Shown here: positions 30,970 through 46,834 of the stretch, one piece after another
Layout: each line of letters begins with the position of its first letter
How positions within the stretch are numbered: the first letter of the stretch is position 1
Assembly: GCF_009914755.1 (NCBI RefSeq)
Contig: NC_060932.1
DNA length: 64,000 nucleotides
Source of the DNA: the human T2T-CHM13v2.0 reference genome, Homo sapiens
Strand: one strand, 5' to 3'
The notes under the pieces: generated by a model
Told to the model about the DNA's origin: nothing
Seen by the model: only the letters and a program-made list of their open reading frames with translations
Database searches by the model: none
Made by a program: the position numbers and the translations under genes

Positions 30970-31338
30970 TGATATGGTTTGACTCTGTGTCCCCACCCAA
31001 ATCTCATCTTGTAGCTCCTATAATTCCCATGTATTGTGGGAGGGACCCAGTGGGAGATAAATGAATCATGGGAGCAAGTCTTTTCTGTGCTGTTCGCATG
31101 ATAGTGAATAAGTCTCATGAGATCTGATGGTTTTAAAAATGGGAGTTTCCCTGCACAAGCTCTCACTCTCTTTGCCTGCGGCATCCATGTAAGATGTGAC
31201 TTGCTCCTCCTTGCCTTCTGCCAGGATTGTAAGCCTCCCCAGTCATGTGGAACTGTAAGTCCATTAAACCCTTTTTCCTCTATAAATTACCCAGTCTCAC
31301 ATATGTCTTTATCAGCAACATGAAAAAGGATTAATACA
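30970..31338 (+). mobile_element. THE1C-like MaLR solo LTR
   Basis: tgatatggtttgactctgtgtccccacccaaatctcatcttgtagctcc..gtctttatcagcaacatgaaaaaggattaataca. Confidence 0.9.
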
Positions 31339-31440
31339 GCCCTTGACCTCAGGGTGGTCAACCTGAAAATGCTCTGGCCAAAAACAGAGAGGGAACAACA
31401 CAGTCAGGGCCTCTTGCATAAACCATGTGATCAGGATATT

Positions 31441-32407
31441 CAGTCGAGTCTTATTAGTTGAGATAGTTATGTTCTATTCAGTGCCAAGGGCACTGAATTA
31501 ACCAATACCAAACCATTGTTCCCAGGGGAAATTCATGGCTACTTTCCTGCAAGCCTCTGGTCACATTTTTGTCAATCAGTTAATATATAACCTTGTTTTA
31601 TGTGTGTTTCTCTTTCAAGACACCTTATTTAACATATAAGGTTGACTCATCAACATTGAACTCACAGGCAATGGCACTATAACTCACCTCTGAACAAAGC
31701 TTATCTAACACATGTCTTCTCCATAAGGCTCATCACAGCCCTCTGGGCCTTAAAAACACTAGACAGTACTTCAGTGCTACCCTTGGGGACATTTTATTTT
31801 ATTCTATTTTATTTTATTTATTTATTTTGAGACAGTCTTGCTCCATCGCCCAGGCTGGAGTGTAGTGGCGCAATCTTGGTTCACTGCAACCTCCGCCTTC
31901 TGGGTTCAAACAATTCTCCTCCCAAGTAGCTGGGATTACAGGCGCCCACCACCATGCCTAGCTAATTTTGTGTATTTTTAATAGAGATAGGAATTCACCA
32001 TATTGGCCAAGGTTGTCTCAAAGTCCTGACCTGAAGTGATCCGCCTGTCTCAGCCTCCCAAAGTTCTGGGATTACAGGCTCGGGCCACCAAGCCCAGCTT
32101 TGGGGGCATTTTAAACAGGAAAATTGCCAATAAAAAAAGAGAAAAATGCAAAAAAAAATGGCGCTAAATAGATGGTGAAAATAACACAAGTCCACAGCCT
32201 GAGAGCCGAATCAGGAAGGCAGAGCCTCACCTTGTACTGCCTCAGCTGGGGACATGTGCATCAGGCAACTCAAATTTTTCATCATTTTTCACATGTCAAG
32301 GAATGACTGCGAACATGCTACAGGTATTGATTTGGGGTAGTACAAGTAAATTTTGGTGAGTAGAATAATTTGCAAATATGGATTCCACAAAATGTGAGAA
32401 TGGACTG
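31441..32407 (-). mobile_element. MER82 (TcMar-Tigger) element interrupted by an Alu
   Basis: Termini cagtcgagtcttatt / gagaatggactg+TA; internal aacactagacagtacttcagtgctac and caactcaaatttttc match MER82. Confidence 0.82.
31792..32098 (-). mobile_element. AluS SINE
   Basis: Dimer; TSD ttgggg(a/g)catttta. Confidence 0.9.
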
Positions 32408-32614
32408 TAGTTAATTGCTTGGTTGGTTGTTGTCTGGTTTGTTGGTTAACAGCAGGAGAAAATGCTGGGAGACCTCCTACAAGACAGCATTTGCATATTC
32501 CAAAAGGCTGTGGGAGCCACATGTGAGTCCAGGACAGTAGAAACGTTGTGGCAATACCCTGTTGCATGGCTCACCAAAGAGTCTCTGTTCCTTGCGATCA
32601 AAAAGCCAATTGGT

Positions 32615-32860
32615 GACCAAGCGAGGCAGGAGGATCTCTTAAGCCATGAGTTCGAGACCTGTCTGAGCAATATAGCAAGGCCTCATCTCTACAAAAAATT
32701 AAAAAATTAGCTGGGCATCCCAGTTACTGGGGAGGCTGAGGCAGGAGGATCCCTTGAGCCCAAGAATGAGGCTGCAGTCAGCTGTGATCATACCATTGCA
32801 CTTCAGCCTGGGGGACAGAGTAAGACCTTGTCTCAAAAATAAAAAATAAATTCAAAAAAA
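32615..32860 (+). mobile_element. 5'-truncated AluJ
   Basis: Partial left arm, right arm and A tail. Confidence 0.82.
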
Positions 32861-34568
32861 GCCAACCAGTCAGCATATACCTACCAATATATTACTCTCA
32901 CTTTGTCCTGAGAGTTTTGATAAGGATGATTTCTTTTGGAAAGTCCTGTTGGTTCCAACAGAGCTTGCACTTGGAGTCATTAGGCCTGGCCATACCACTT
33001 CTCAGTCACGTGACTGAGTTCTCTGACTCAGTTGTTTCATCTGACAATGGGATGGATACTGGGTCTCCAAGTTCAGAGAGTTATTATGAGGCTACATGAG
33101 GTCACACAGGTGGAATGAGCATCACCCTTGTCATCTTCTAATCCAGCCTCTCCTTTTCTAGACGAGAACCCCAAGGCTCAGCAGGGGAAAGAGATTTGCA
33201 AAGATGGCCAACAGAAGACAGTCCAGGATGCTCACAACTCCCTGGGGTGAACGTTACCCCTGCCAATGTCACACTTCCCCAAGGAGAGAATACACCCCTG
33301 CCCCAGCAGTTCAGGCACAGCTGTCCTGTCTCATTCTTACAGAACAGAGGGTCTGCAGGCATCTCAGTAAGATACTAAAGCAATTTGTTTTATTTGTCCA
33401 AGGGAATACTGCCCTTATTTGACTGAATAAGCATAAATAGCCAGGGAGGGGTCTGTTTGTGGCGTCACCATCTGCACCAGCAGAAGAGCCCTCACACATT
33501 GTCTCTTTCCCAGCAGCTGCAGTTCTCCTAAAGAAGTCAGATCAAGTTCAGGTTTAAAATAAGTAATCTGGATTTGCAAGGTGCCATGAGGATGGCAGTG
33601 CCACTATACCAATTCCCCAGGGAACTATTCCCAGGGCTCCAGGCCCCATGGTTTGACTTCTCTTCTCTGGCATGAGAAATCAGTGTATTCTCACATTGTC
33701 TCCTGAGATTCAGATCCTCTGCCAAACGATGGATCTGAAACCACTCTCATCTCTACCTCCATGCTTCAACACCTCCATCTGCTCCAGAGTGGACTACTTG
33801 GGACAGATACATAAAAATAAAAGACAGTGTTTCAGGGAAAGGGAAGAAGTGTGGACCTTTGGTGGATACCCATTCTACTTCATTGGATCATCCTGATAAC
33901 TCAATATGCTCAGTGTTATTATCACATTGTGTAGATGAGGCTGAGAACATGCGCTTGTCTGTGGTCACACTACTGTGCAGTGATGGAGTTGGAATACCAG
34001 CTCATTTGTCAAAGCCTGGGTTCCCCTCAAAGCTTCTTAAACTTTGGCAGGACTAAAATACTCCTAATGCAAGAGATGGGTAAATGCACACTCCCGGGTG
34101 AGCTTGGGGCTCAGTATACACAGTCCGTGGTGTTCAGTCAGCATGGAACATTGTTCCTGGCCTTTCACTGAGAAGACTCTCATTGGTCCTTCCCTCAGCC
34201 AGTCATTTCCTCCAGGAAGCTATTTCTGAGCTCCCCGGTCTAGGCTCCGTTGCCAACCCCCGAGGTGCTCCAATATTGCATATTCTGTGAGGGCACTCAG
34301 CTTGTGTTGTGTTGCTTAATTATTTGTCGGTGTGGCCTCAGGAGGTCAGGGACCACATCTGCCTTGTGTCTTCCTATAGGTACCCCCAGCAGCCAGCACA
34401 CTGCTCAGCACAGTATAACTGCCCAATGAATAGCTGTTGAGTAAACATTGACTCCAGCTAAAGCTTCTATCTCATGTGTAAATTGCCTCTCGAACAGATC
34501 TGTTAGTTATAATCCAGCCTCTTCAAACACAGCACCAACAACAGAAAATTCAGAAAATGAAGAGGCAA

Positions 34569-34842
34569 AGACTGGATGCAGTGGCTCATGCCTTTAATCC
34601 CAGCCATCTGGGAGGCCAAGGCAGGAGGATTGCTTAAGCCTGGGAGTCAGAGACCAGCCTGGAAAACAAAGCGAGACCCTGTCTCTACAAAAAAAAAAAT
34701 TTTAATTAGCCAGGTGTGATGGCATACACCAGTTAAAATGGGAGGATCACTTGAACCTGGGAGGTCGAGGCTACACGAGCAGTGATGGCACTGCTGCACT
34801 CCAGCCTGGGCAACAGAGTCAGACCCTGCTCAAAAAAAAAAG
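34569..34842 (+). mobile_element. AluJ SINE (right arm partly deleted)
   Basis: TSD agaggcaa. Confidence 0.85.
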
Positions 34843-34899
34843 AGAGAGGCAAACCCTTCTATGTTCATCCCACACCATACCCATTCTACTCCATATTCT

Positions 34900-35800
<901 letters not shown>

Positions 35801-36297
35801 ATTCTCCCGTTCTGCACAGGACCTCTACTAATGCCACCCCATGAGGGAAGGTGGTCTTTTAAACCAGAGGTCAGCATATTGCATGCATGCACATTAAATG
35901 TCATCATAGTTAGCTGAGTCTATTGTTCTAACCTTCTGAGATCATTTTGAGCCTTCTTTGTGCCTTCTAGCTTGGCATCATCAGCAATTTGTGGTAATAG
36001 AAGGGGGCCCGCCTATCAAGAAATATCAGAGAAAACAAAGGCAGTACAGTTCCACGGGGCTCCAACCACAACACAAGTCCTAGCTCCTGTGGCATTGGGA
36101 ATTCCAGCCATGGATGTCTGGGACTATAACCCGGATCTCTAATAGACTACAAGTTCAGCAGTGTCATCCTTGCATACTCTAACGTTTTATGTACATATCC
36201 TTTTTTTTTTATTTTTTAATTTCCCTTTTTCCTCTTTAAGCCCTCCCTAATAAAGGACGTGGAGAGGAAGAGTTCCTTGCTTACTTCAACCATATAA

Positions 36298-36598
<301 letters not shown>

Positions 36599-37866
36599 AT
36601 AAATTGGATTTCTTTTTTCCCTGAAGAAATTTTTATTGTTTTCTTCCTGCTGTCTGATGTGTTTTAATAAATAGAATGTTTGTCTTTTGTTTGCATATAT
36701 TCCAAGAACTGTCAGAAACTCAAGGCTTGATAAGTATTTTGAAGAAAGGAAAAACTCCAGTTATTCTTTGAGGTCACAGCATCCTTTGGGTCTGAGCAAC
36801 TATCACAGAAAACACGACTGCTCTGTTCCTGTCGCGCACAGCTGCCCCAAGATGAACTGGAACTAGTAGCTTTTTGTTACAAACTGTGTTCAGGCATTTT
36901 TTGCTTAGTTGAGGGTTTGTTTTTTGCTTTTGGCAGATGATCCCATGCACAAAAATAATCCCCAAATCACCATTTTTACCTTTATCCATTATGAACTGGG
37001 CATGTTTCAAGCATCCAAAATCCAACTTTTTGAAATGATATTTCTAAATTCGTAGATCTTAAAAAATCAAAGTAAGGAGTTGTTGGACTTTAAAAAAAAA
37101 TTTATTTATATTTGTCAGGAAAATAACCCAGAGAGGGAAAGAAGGAGAAGAAAAACATAAAGGAGAAAAATCATGCCTTCTCCATAGCTCTCATTCCAAG
37201 CTTGAAAAACTATTTTAAAAATTATGAATTTGCTTTATCAAATTGAAACTAAAAGAAAAGCAATTCCTGCCCCCAAAATAAGTAATGAACCAGGGGAAGA
37301 GGGTGATGCTGAGGACATAGATGTGTGCCTTCTGCTCAGGCTCAGGTGCTCTCTACAAGGTCACAGTGACCCATTGAGGCACATTAGCTTCCTTCTAGAC
37401 TCTTGGTCAGTTTCTCCAGCCTGCCTGCAAAGAAATGAAGAGGGAGCACTGGCAAGAGGGTCTGCTGAAACTCAGAGGTCCCATGCCCCCGTGCCCCACT
37501 AAGTATTCCATGATGCCAGTTTCAGAAGAGACAGGAGCCCAATCTATGCCAACTGCTTGAATAGTCATCCCTGGGCCCCTCTCCAGATGCTTAGAAAAAC
37601 AACTCGTTTCAGAATCTTACCAAGGGTAGGTGTGAAGTTCACTGCCCATCCCATTCAGAAAGGATCCCTTCTTTCTGGAAGCTGCGATCAATTGGGCCGC
37701 CATCTTCAGCATTCACGAACTCAGGCAGAACCCAGCAATTGCTGCCTGGTGAGGCCAGTCCTTCATTAAATCAGAGCCCATGACCTCACTTTCAGGCCCT
37801 TAACTAAGGAGCAGGCATCCAAAAGCAAAAACCTTCATTTGGAAGAAAATAAATTTTTCATGAAAC

Positions 37867-38164
<298 letters not shown>

Positions 38165-39177
38165 CTGAAACATTTTTTAAATGCAAAGAAAGTGCCAAAA
38201 TGTTTTCAGATTTGAGGCTCAAATGTGGTTCGTGAAACATAACCAGCTGACCACTGGAACTTGAAGTTCGTGTCTGGCATGTGAAGTGCTCTAGGCCCCG
38301 CCCAGCAGCCCCTCTCTCTCAAGTCAGACAAGGTTCTAGAGAATGGTCCATGAATACCTTGAAGAGATCCTCGAGTCCACGCTGGCTGCAAGATACTCAT
38401 TAATAACAAGTCCACGGGGAAGCAAATCCTCCAAGACTGTCAGGCTGGCTCACTGCTTGCCCCACCTCCCGGCCCTTACCTGGGGGTGGGGACTTACGAA
38501 GGGACTGAGATCGTGACTCTGTTACCGTCTGACTGATTAAATCCAGGTGCTCTGTTTACTTTGGAGTGCAAAAAAACACACCAAGAGCTTAAAACTTACA
38601 TTTACAGACAGGAAATGGCCCCCCAGGGACACGGATGTCTGAAACCTGAAGACCAAGACAGGCTTCTTCTCAAACAGGGAATGTTTCTTCCAGGCTGGGG
38701 CCCAGGCCTGTGCCTCATGATGGAAAGGGGACCTCGGCCTCCTCACCTGGGACAGTTCAAGGCTCCCTGAGTTATAAATTACATATTTGAAATGTTCTTA
38801 GTCTGTCCTCACTCCTTCTATTTAAAAGCAGATGGTTTAAACTTAATCCCAGCCATGCTGTCTCAAAAGAGATGGTCCTTGTAAACTGGCCATTCAAATC
38901 TCTCTGAAAACATATTCTGAATGCACAGCAAGAACAAGGGTGGTATCAGGGCAGCCAGAGAGGGTAGCTGGAAAAGGGAAGATGCGGAGACAATAACAGC
39001 CTCATTAAACCTAATCACTTTCATTGCTTATTGAGACACGGAGATTGGAAGGGGAATTTGTGGAGGGGTTTTCTGAGTCCTTTGTACTAAAGTGATCCCC
39101 TCTCCCTTTCCCCCTTCCTCATGTACTCACTCACCACATCCCCATCTCCCCACCTTCACATCAATAACACTGAGAAG

Positions 39178-39465
39178 ATTATTATCATTATTATTATTAT
39201 TATTATTGACATAGGGTCTGGCTCTGTCACTCAGGCTGGAGTATAGTCGTGTGTTCTCAGCTCATTGCAACGTCTGCCTCCCAAGCTCAAGCAATCCACC
39301 CAAGTAGCTGGGAAGCCCAGCCATTTTTTTTTTTTTTTTTTTTTTTAGAGATGGAGGTCTCACCATGTTGCCCAGACTAGTCTCGAACTCCTGAACTCAC
39401 AGAATCCTCCTGCCTTGGCCTCCCAAACTACTGGGATTACAGGCATGAGCTACTGCACCAGGCTT
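39178..39465 (-). mobile_element. AluJ SINE with internal deletions and (TTA)n tail
   Basis: Diverged dimer; TSD aagattatt. Confidence 0.82.
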
Positions 39466-40182
39466 GGAAAGATTATTTTTCTAAAAAAAATCTTTTTCTT
39501 CCTTGACATATTAGGCACCCTTATCTCTGCTATATTTCCCTTTGATGAAATGTGTCAGGAAGTAAATACCGTATCTTATGGTCTCCTTCAATAACGCCCA
39601 GTGTCTATTAAAACGTTAAGCATACAGTAAGTACATGAAGCACCTTGCTTGCACAGCCTCCAGCTTGTGCACACTGGGAGCACTCCGCATTAGCAACAAA
39701 AATCCCACTGCACAGTAAGCAAGGTATGCAGGGTGAGTCGCAGTCCTCCCAGTGGCCTTTAGTCTCCTCGGCTGTCAAGTGAGGGCAGAGGATAGGGTGA
39801 CCCTCAGGCCATTCCTGCTCCAGAATGACAGTTGCCATGTCTGCCTCTACTCACAGAGGCTGCATGCCTCCGAAGCCTTCAGTTTAAGCTGTCTCTGATA
39901 ACCCACCAAATAATGCAAACAATAGAAAAAAGACTAGAAGGAAACTGGCTAAAACATAACAGTGATGTGTCCATTTTAGAGCTGTTGGTTGTAAGCCCTA
40001 ACGGTCTACTTTAAACAAGAAGAGTTGGCTGGACTGAATCGAAAAAAAAATGCAGATCAACAGGGTTTTTGGAAGGACAGACGCAAGGGCAGGTTTGAAG
40101 AATTTCAGGAGATGGAGCTGTGAACAGTTCCACCGTGTTGCCAATGTCTAAATGACTCATCTCTGGCTGATTTTATTCCTGA

Positions 40183-40732
<550 letters not shown>

Positions 40733-42005
40733 TGATGTCTAATTGTTTCAGACGTTCAACTCCTACAGTTTTTGCAACTGTATGTGTATTTCTGTGCATA
40801 TATATGATATATGTTCTAATATATAAATATACTACACACACACTTGAGAATAGCAACACTGAATTCTCTCACCCCTTAGTATGAGTGCATTTTAATGGAG
40901 GCTGTTTTCTAAGAACAGCGGTTCTGTCCAGCACAAAGATGCTGAGAGCCCTGTGGATGGAAAGAGTATAACACATTAAAGGTGACAGGTGCTCAATCAG
41001 TTTCGTTAAATAAAAACTGGATGAGGAAAAGCTACAGAAAGGGAAGATACAAGCCAAATACTTCACATGCTGTCCAGTACATCCACCTGCAATGACCCAG
41101 GGGATCTGACAACACCCCCTTCCCCAACTCTACTGCTCTGCCCCTTCTCTTAAGAGGAACAGCTAATAGATTCATAGATCTATTAATGCTTTGAGAATAC
41201 TTTTTCTATCTTTAACCTGTGGTTGCAAATAAAGCAGATACTAAGTCTCCTCCCACTCCACATCATTGCCAGCCCCTTAAGCCAAAAGCCAGCCTTATTC
41301 CTGTAGGACTGGCATGTTGGACAAGCTCCACTGGTGGAATAGGATCAAAGCACACCTCTATTTTTTGACTCCCACTAACTCGTTAAAGTTTATTGAGCAG
41401 GGGAGGCTTTTCCTCTGCCCAAGGTGAAAACTCACCAAGTCAATGACTTGTCTTTGTTACTTTTAGCATAGAGATAGTCTTGTATTCACTGAGTCACAGA
41501 GCATGTTTCCTCAGTTTGAAAAGTGTCCTACCCAAAACATTAACCCACACTTCATTCTCCATTATCCTCCTTGATAAAGCCTAAGATGGGCAGCCAGTCT
41601 TTGGGCAGAGGATAGCCACTTCCAGTCTCTTTCTCCACTAGTCTCCTCCCCCATTCACTAGCTGCTGTTTGGGAGCCTGCCAGGGTTTGAAGGAGGTGGG
41701 CGGGGTGGGGATTAAAGGGGAGAGGTGAAGAATAGGACAGTTCTCACCTGGGTGGATGCATCCCTGCTTTCCTGCAGGCAGTTGGTGAAAGTGGACTCTG
41801 ATGGGCATCTCCACGGGTCCTTTGGGGATTCCCAAGCTGGGGCTCCCCAGATCTGAGCATCCCACTACTCAGATGTGAATGAGGCTCTCCTTCAGCAGAC
41901 CATGCTACACCTAGGTCCTCTTGGACAGGACTCAAAACAGGTCCAAGTGACCTACATGTCATCCATAGGGGAAAGTTACGGAGCCCTTGTTCCACCTTTG
42001 GATAG

Positions 42006-42320
<315 letters not shown>

Positions 42321-42589
42321 TGAAAGACACAGCACCAACAACCCTTGACTTTTGAGGGCAGAGTGGGGACCCCACAGATGGCAACTGCAGAAATCCCCTC
42401 ATCCTTGACTCTCTCCCCGACATGCTCCTGACCCCTTTATATTCTCATCCTGGGGAAGGGGTTCCAGAGTCTGTGTTTTCAAGTTGGCATTTTAAAGGTT
42501 TCTCCTGAGTAATGTGTTCTCACACTCAACTGAGCATCTAATGTTTTACATCTGGGTCAAAACTTGAATTTTAGTAACCTGTCACATTC

Positions 42590-42760
42590 AGGTCCTTACA
42601 GCTTTTACATATGTTACCTATCAAACTGAACCTGTTCAACATTCCGATGGGGTTTTCAGCCCATTTTATAGATGAGAAAAGTGAGGGTCAGATAGTGATG
42701 GAACATACCTGACGTCACTCAGCAGGCACCTGAGGGAGGCCAGATTCGAGCCCACACCCT
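42590..42760 (-). mobile_element. MIR SINE
   Basis: cccattttatagatgagaaaagtgagggtcaga. Confidence 0.65.
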
Positions 42761-43271
42761 CGCTCTCTCTTCCCTACATTGCATCAAGCTGGCCTTCAAG
42801 GAGGAGGAAAAGTCTGTCCTGCTCTGCAATGTGGGATTCAATCCATTCCTCATAGGTCACTCTGGTCTTTGACTGTCATTTGGCCCCAGTAGAAGAAAAA
42901 TACCTTCCCGTAAAACAGTTATTCAGCATTGCCCAGGGGACAGAAATGACTCATACCTGAAGCCAATCTGTAAGTGCCTCAATACTCATTCTAGAATTCA
43001 GATCATATAGGTGTGACTGGCCTTAGGTAAATTCAGAATCCACAATGATACAACAGCTGAATGAGAGGATAGTACTATTTCTTCTGTAATAAGATCCACC
43101 TAAACTTTCCTTCAAGAAGTGAAGTTTCCTGAGCAAATTCAATAACTTGATCCCCCAAGGCCTCAGAGCCCTGAACTCCAAGTCATAGAACAAGTGCTGT
43201 CTTGGAATGACTCCCTTCCTCTCCTTCTGCCCTGGATCCCACATCCAGTGGCTCTAAAGACAATGAGAGTC

Positions 43272-43741
<470 letters not shown>

Positions 43742-44364
43742 GAGAGTCACTTTGAAAAGAAACTGCTCTCTTGGTCTAAGAAGGCAGATTCACGGCCACC
43801 CTGGCAATACCCTGCTATGAGGAAACCCTGCACAAAATGGCCCAAAAAGTCCTAAGGGTGATTGACACTGGTATATTTTTCTTGCAGGGAGTAACTGTTG
43901 CCAAAAACATTTGAAAGTCTGGCTAGTTTTAAGGAATTTGAACTTTACTTTTTCCCCAGTCAAGGACTTAGCCAAGACAGGGATTTTATAGCAAACAGCA
44001 GAAAAATGGAGAAAAAAGATATAAAAAAAAAAAAAAGGAAGAGAGCAAGGAGGACAGGTGGGAAAAAGGAGAAGGGGCCTCAGAACAGGGAGGACATTGT
44101 CCCCTGCCTTAAAGATGTCAGTTACCTGTTCCCACGCCACCCACCTGTGGCCACACAGACCTTGTCTTCCCTGACTCGTGGGCTCCACAGCTCTCTGGGC
44201 TCAGAGCCACCCCTCGGGTCCTCTGGCCTAGAACACCTTCCACCCCCACTCCCACTTCAGCCCCATCTCTGCAGACCTCATCTGCTCTGGAATCAGAGCC
44301 ATGACCAGCCCGGGGAGCAGCTGCTTCCCCTGAGTATGTTCTTCAAAGTCATCACTTCCTAAGG

Positions 44365-44587
44365 CAAGCTTGTCTAACCTGCGGTCCGCAGGCTGCATGC
44401 AGACCAGGGCGGCTTTGAATGTGGCCCAACACAAATTCATAAGTTTTCTTAAAACATTGTGAGACTTTTGGTTTTTGTTTGTTTGTTTTTAGTTCATCAG
44501 CTATCATTAGTGTTAGTGTATTTTATGTATGGCCCAAGACAATTCTTCCAATGTGGCCCAGGGAAGCCGAAAGATTGAACACACCTA
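44365..44587. mobile_element. MER30 hAT-Charlie element
   Basis: caagcttgtctaacctgcgg..ggctttgaatgtggcccaacacaaattc..tcatcagctatcattagtgttagtgtattttatg..cccagggaagcc. Confidence 0.88.
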
Positions 44588-45189
44588 TCTTGGGTGGTGT
44601 GACAGTCATTAAGGCTAGGAAGAAAATACATGGGAAGAAAGCAAGACCAGGAGACCCAGGAAGAAGTTTATCAAACACCGCTGGCTTTTTTAGAGGGTTT
44701 AGCCAGACTCCAGTGGTACAGACCCCAACTCCTCTCCTCCACACGGCCCTGCCCAGGCTCAGGTCTCCTCCGTGCACTCCTGTCTGGCTTCTCCTCTTTT
44801 GTCCCCTCTCCAGGAACACCCACGGTGCTTCAGGCTGCAGCAGCACACACTACATTTATGACATCGCCTTGGTGCCATTTTGTATGAATTAATCTTAGGA
44901 AGACACTGCTTGCCCAGGTTCAAGTGGGCAGATTCACTGCGGATCTCAAGTGGAGTGCAGACTCACTGGGGTCAAGAGTTATATACTGTTCTCTGATCAC
45001 CGGCCCCTGCAACATTCCTTGCCCCTCCAACCCTACCTAAGTGAGCAGATAGTGGGCCCCCTCAGATATTTTCTGGAGGATTCCATGTCCTTCTTTCTCC
45101 ACACTGTACCCCGTGGACTCCAGCCCAGCAGCCAGTGCTTTCAGAGCAGCCTCATCAGAGCTGCGGGGCTGAGGTTAAGTCTGCCAAGC

Positions 45190-45732
45190 TGTTACAGGAC
45201 AGGGATCCCGATCCAGATCCCAAGAGCAGGTTCTTGGATCTCATGCAAGAAAGAATTCTGGGCAAGTTCACAGTGCAAAGTGAAAGCAAGTTTATTAAGA
45301 AAGTAGAGGAATAAAAGAATAGCTACTCCATAGAGCAGCCCCGAGGGCTGCTGGTTGCCTAATTGTATGGTTATTTCTTGATGATATACTAAACGAGGGG
45401 TGGATTATTCATGCCTCCCCTTTTAGACCATATTGGGTAACTTCCTGATGTTGCGATGGCATCTGTAAACTGTCTTGGCGCTGGTGGGAGTGTAACAGTG
45501 AGGACGACCAGAGGTCACTCTCGTCGCCATCTTGGTTTTGGTGGGATTTGGCCGGCTTCCTTACTGCAAACTGTTTTATCAGCAAGGACTTTATGACCTG
45601 TATTTTGTGCTGACTTCCTCTCTCATCCTGTGACTTTGAATGCCTTAACCATCTGGGAATACAGCCCAGCAGGTCTCATTTTACCTAGCTCCTGTTTAAG
45701 ATGGAGTTGCTGTGGTTCACAGGTCTCTGACA
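45190..45732 (-). mobile_element. MER41A ERV1 solo LTR
   Basis: Reverse complement of MER41A, tg..ca ends; TSD aagc at 45186-45189 and 45733-45736. Confidence 0.9.
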
Positions 45733-45824
45733 AAGCCACAGACCTGGACCAGAGCTGGGGGCTGCCAGGCTTATCCGTTCGTCCATGCTGTCCCTCTGTG
45801 TGTCCCCAGTTTGTTCCCTGTCTC

Positions 45825-45842
45825 GGCCATCAGATGGCACCA
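45825..45842 (+). promoter_or_regulatory. CTCF-like motif
   Basis: ggccatcagatggcacca matches CCASYAGRKGGCRS with one mismatch. Confidence 0.35.
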
Positions 45843-46098
45843 CTATTCCACAGGTCACCCAGGACAGTTGGCCAGGTTTTGGAAGGGGCACTCACCACCC
45901 TGCCGCTGCCCCTCCTTGCGTGGGTGGCATTCCCAGAGCCAGCTGTACCCCTGCGGGCTGGAGCTGGGCTGGCCCTGCCAGCTGCATGGCACATGAGGAC
46001 GCAGCCCCCTTCTGTGTGCTGAGGGCCATGAAGCAGTGGGGCAGGGGCTTAGTGGGACCCCCAGCGGCTCTCGACTAGGGAGGTCGAAGAGGACAGCG

Positions 46099-46186
46099 CG
46101 AGGAGTCTGGCTTCATCATTGAAACATTGGCTTTAAGGAAGCTCGAGGGGTCTGGCTTCATCATTGAAACACTGGCTTTAAGGAAG
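46099..46186 (+). repeat. 45-bp-period tandem duplication
   Basis: cgagg(a/g)gtctggcttcatcattgaaaca(t/c)tggctttaaggaag at 46099-46141 and 46144-46186. Confidence 0.92.
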
Positions 46187-46834
46187 GTTCCTGAGGCCCC
46201 AGATCCAGGCTTCCTTCCTCTCCATCCGCCCCACCCCCACTCCCACTTTCCTGATTTGAGCAGGACATCCAAGCCTGTGCTGAGTATTCCCTAATGAGGG
46301 TCATGGTAGACAAAGGGGAGAATGTGCCTGGAGTACTCCCTGCCCAGGAAGCCACATTCCCCAAATCCTAGAGCATTTTCTTCCTAACGCCACTTCTATT
46401 AATAAGCCTTTCTAGTAACGCTCAGCAAAGACACCATTCTAAAATGTATTTCCCCAATAAATGTATTTTGCCAATTGGTCCTTCTCTCCCGAGGCATAAA
46501 AATTGGATGATATTAAATAATCTTGATTTCAATCTAGTGCAACCAGGGCTCTTGTCACAACACCCCAAGACTTGTCCTACGACATGAGTATCTGTTGCCT
46601 CTGACCTTGGCCATGGGTCTCCACGTACTTTCCTTGTTATATAATTCTAGGGTTGTAAACAACCTGCAGGGCTTCTAATGGTGAGAAAGAGAAAGAACAA
46701 AGGAACACAACCCTTAAACAATTTACTAACAGCTTAAAAGATACTAATATTTTAACTTAAAAGCCACATAGTCAATCTAGTATATGTGAACTGCACGCCA
46801 ACAATCACATAAAAATACAGAGCAGACAGAATGT

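Noticed and set aside
43790-44892. Cluster of 130-154 aa ORFs
   Set aside because: Overlap on both strands, low complexity, cross a MER30 element and show no recognisable domain; likely chance ORFs.
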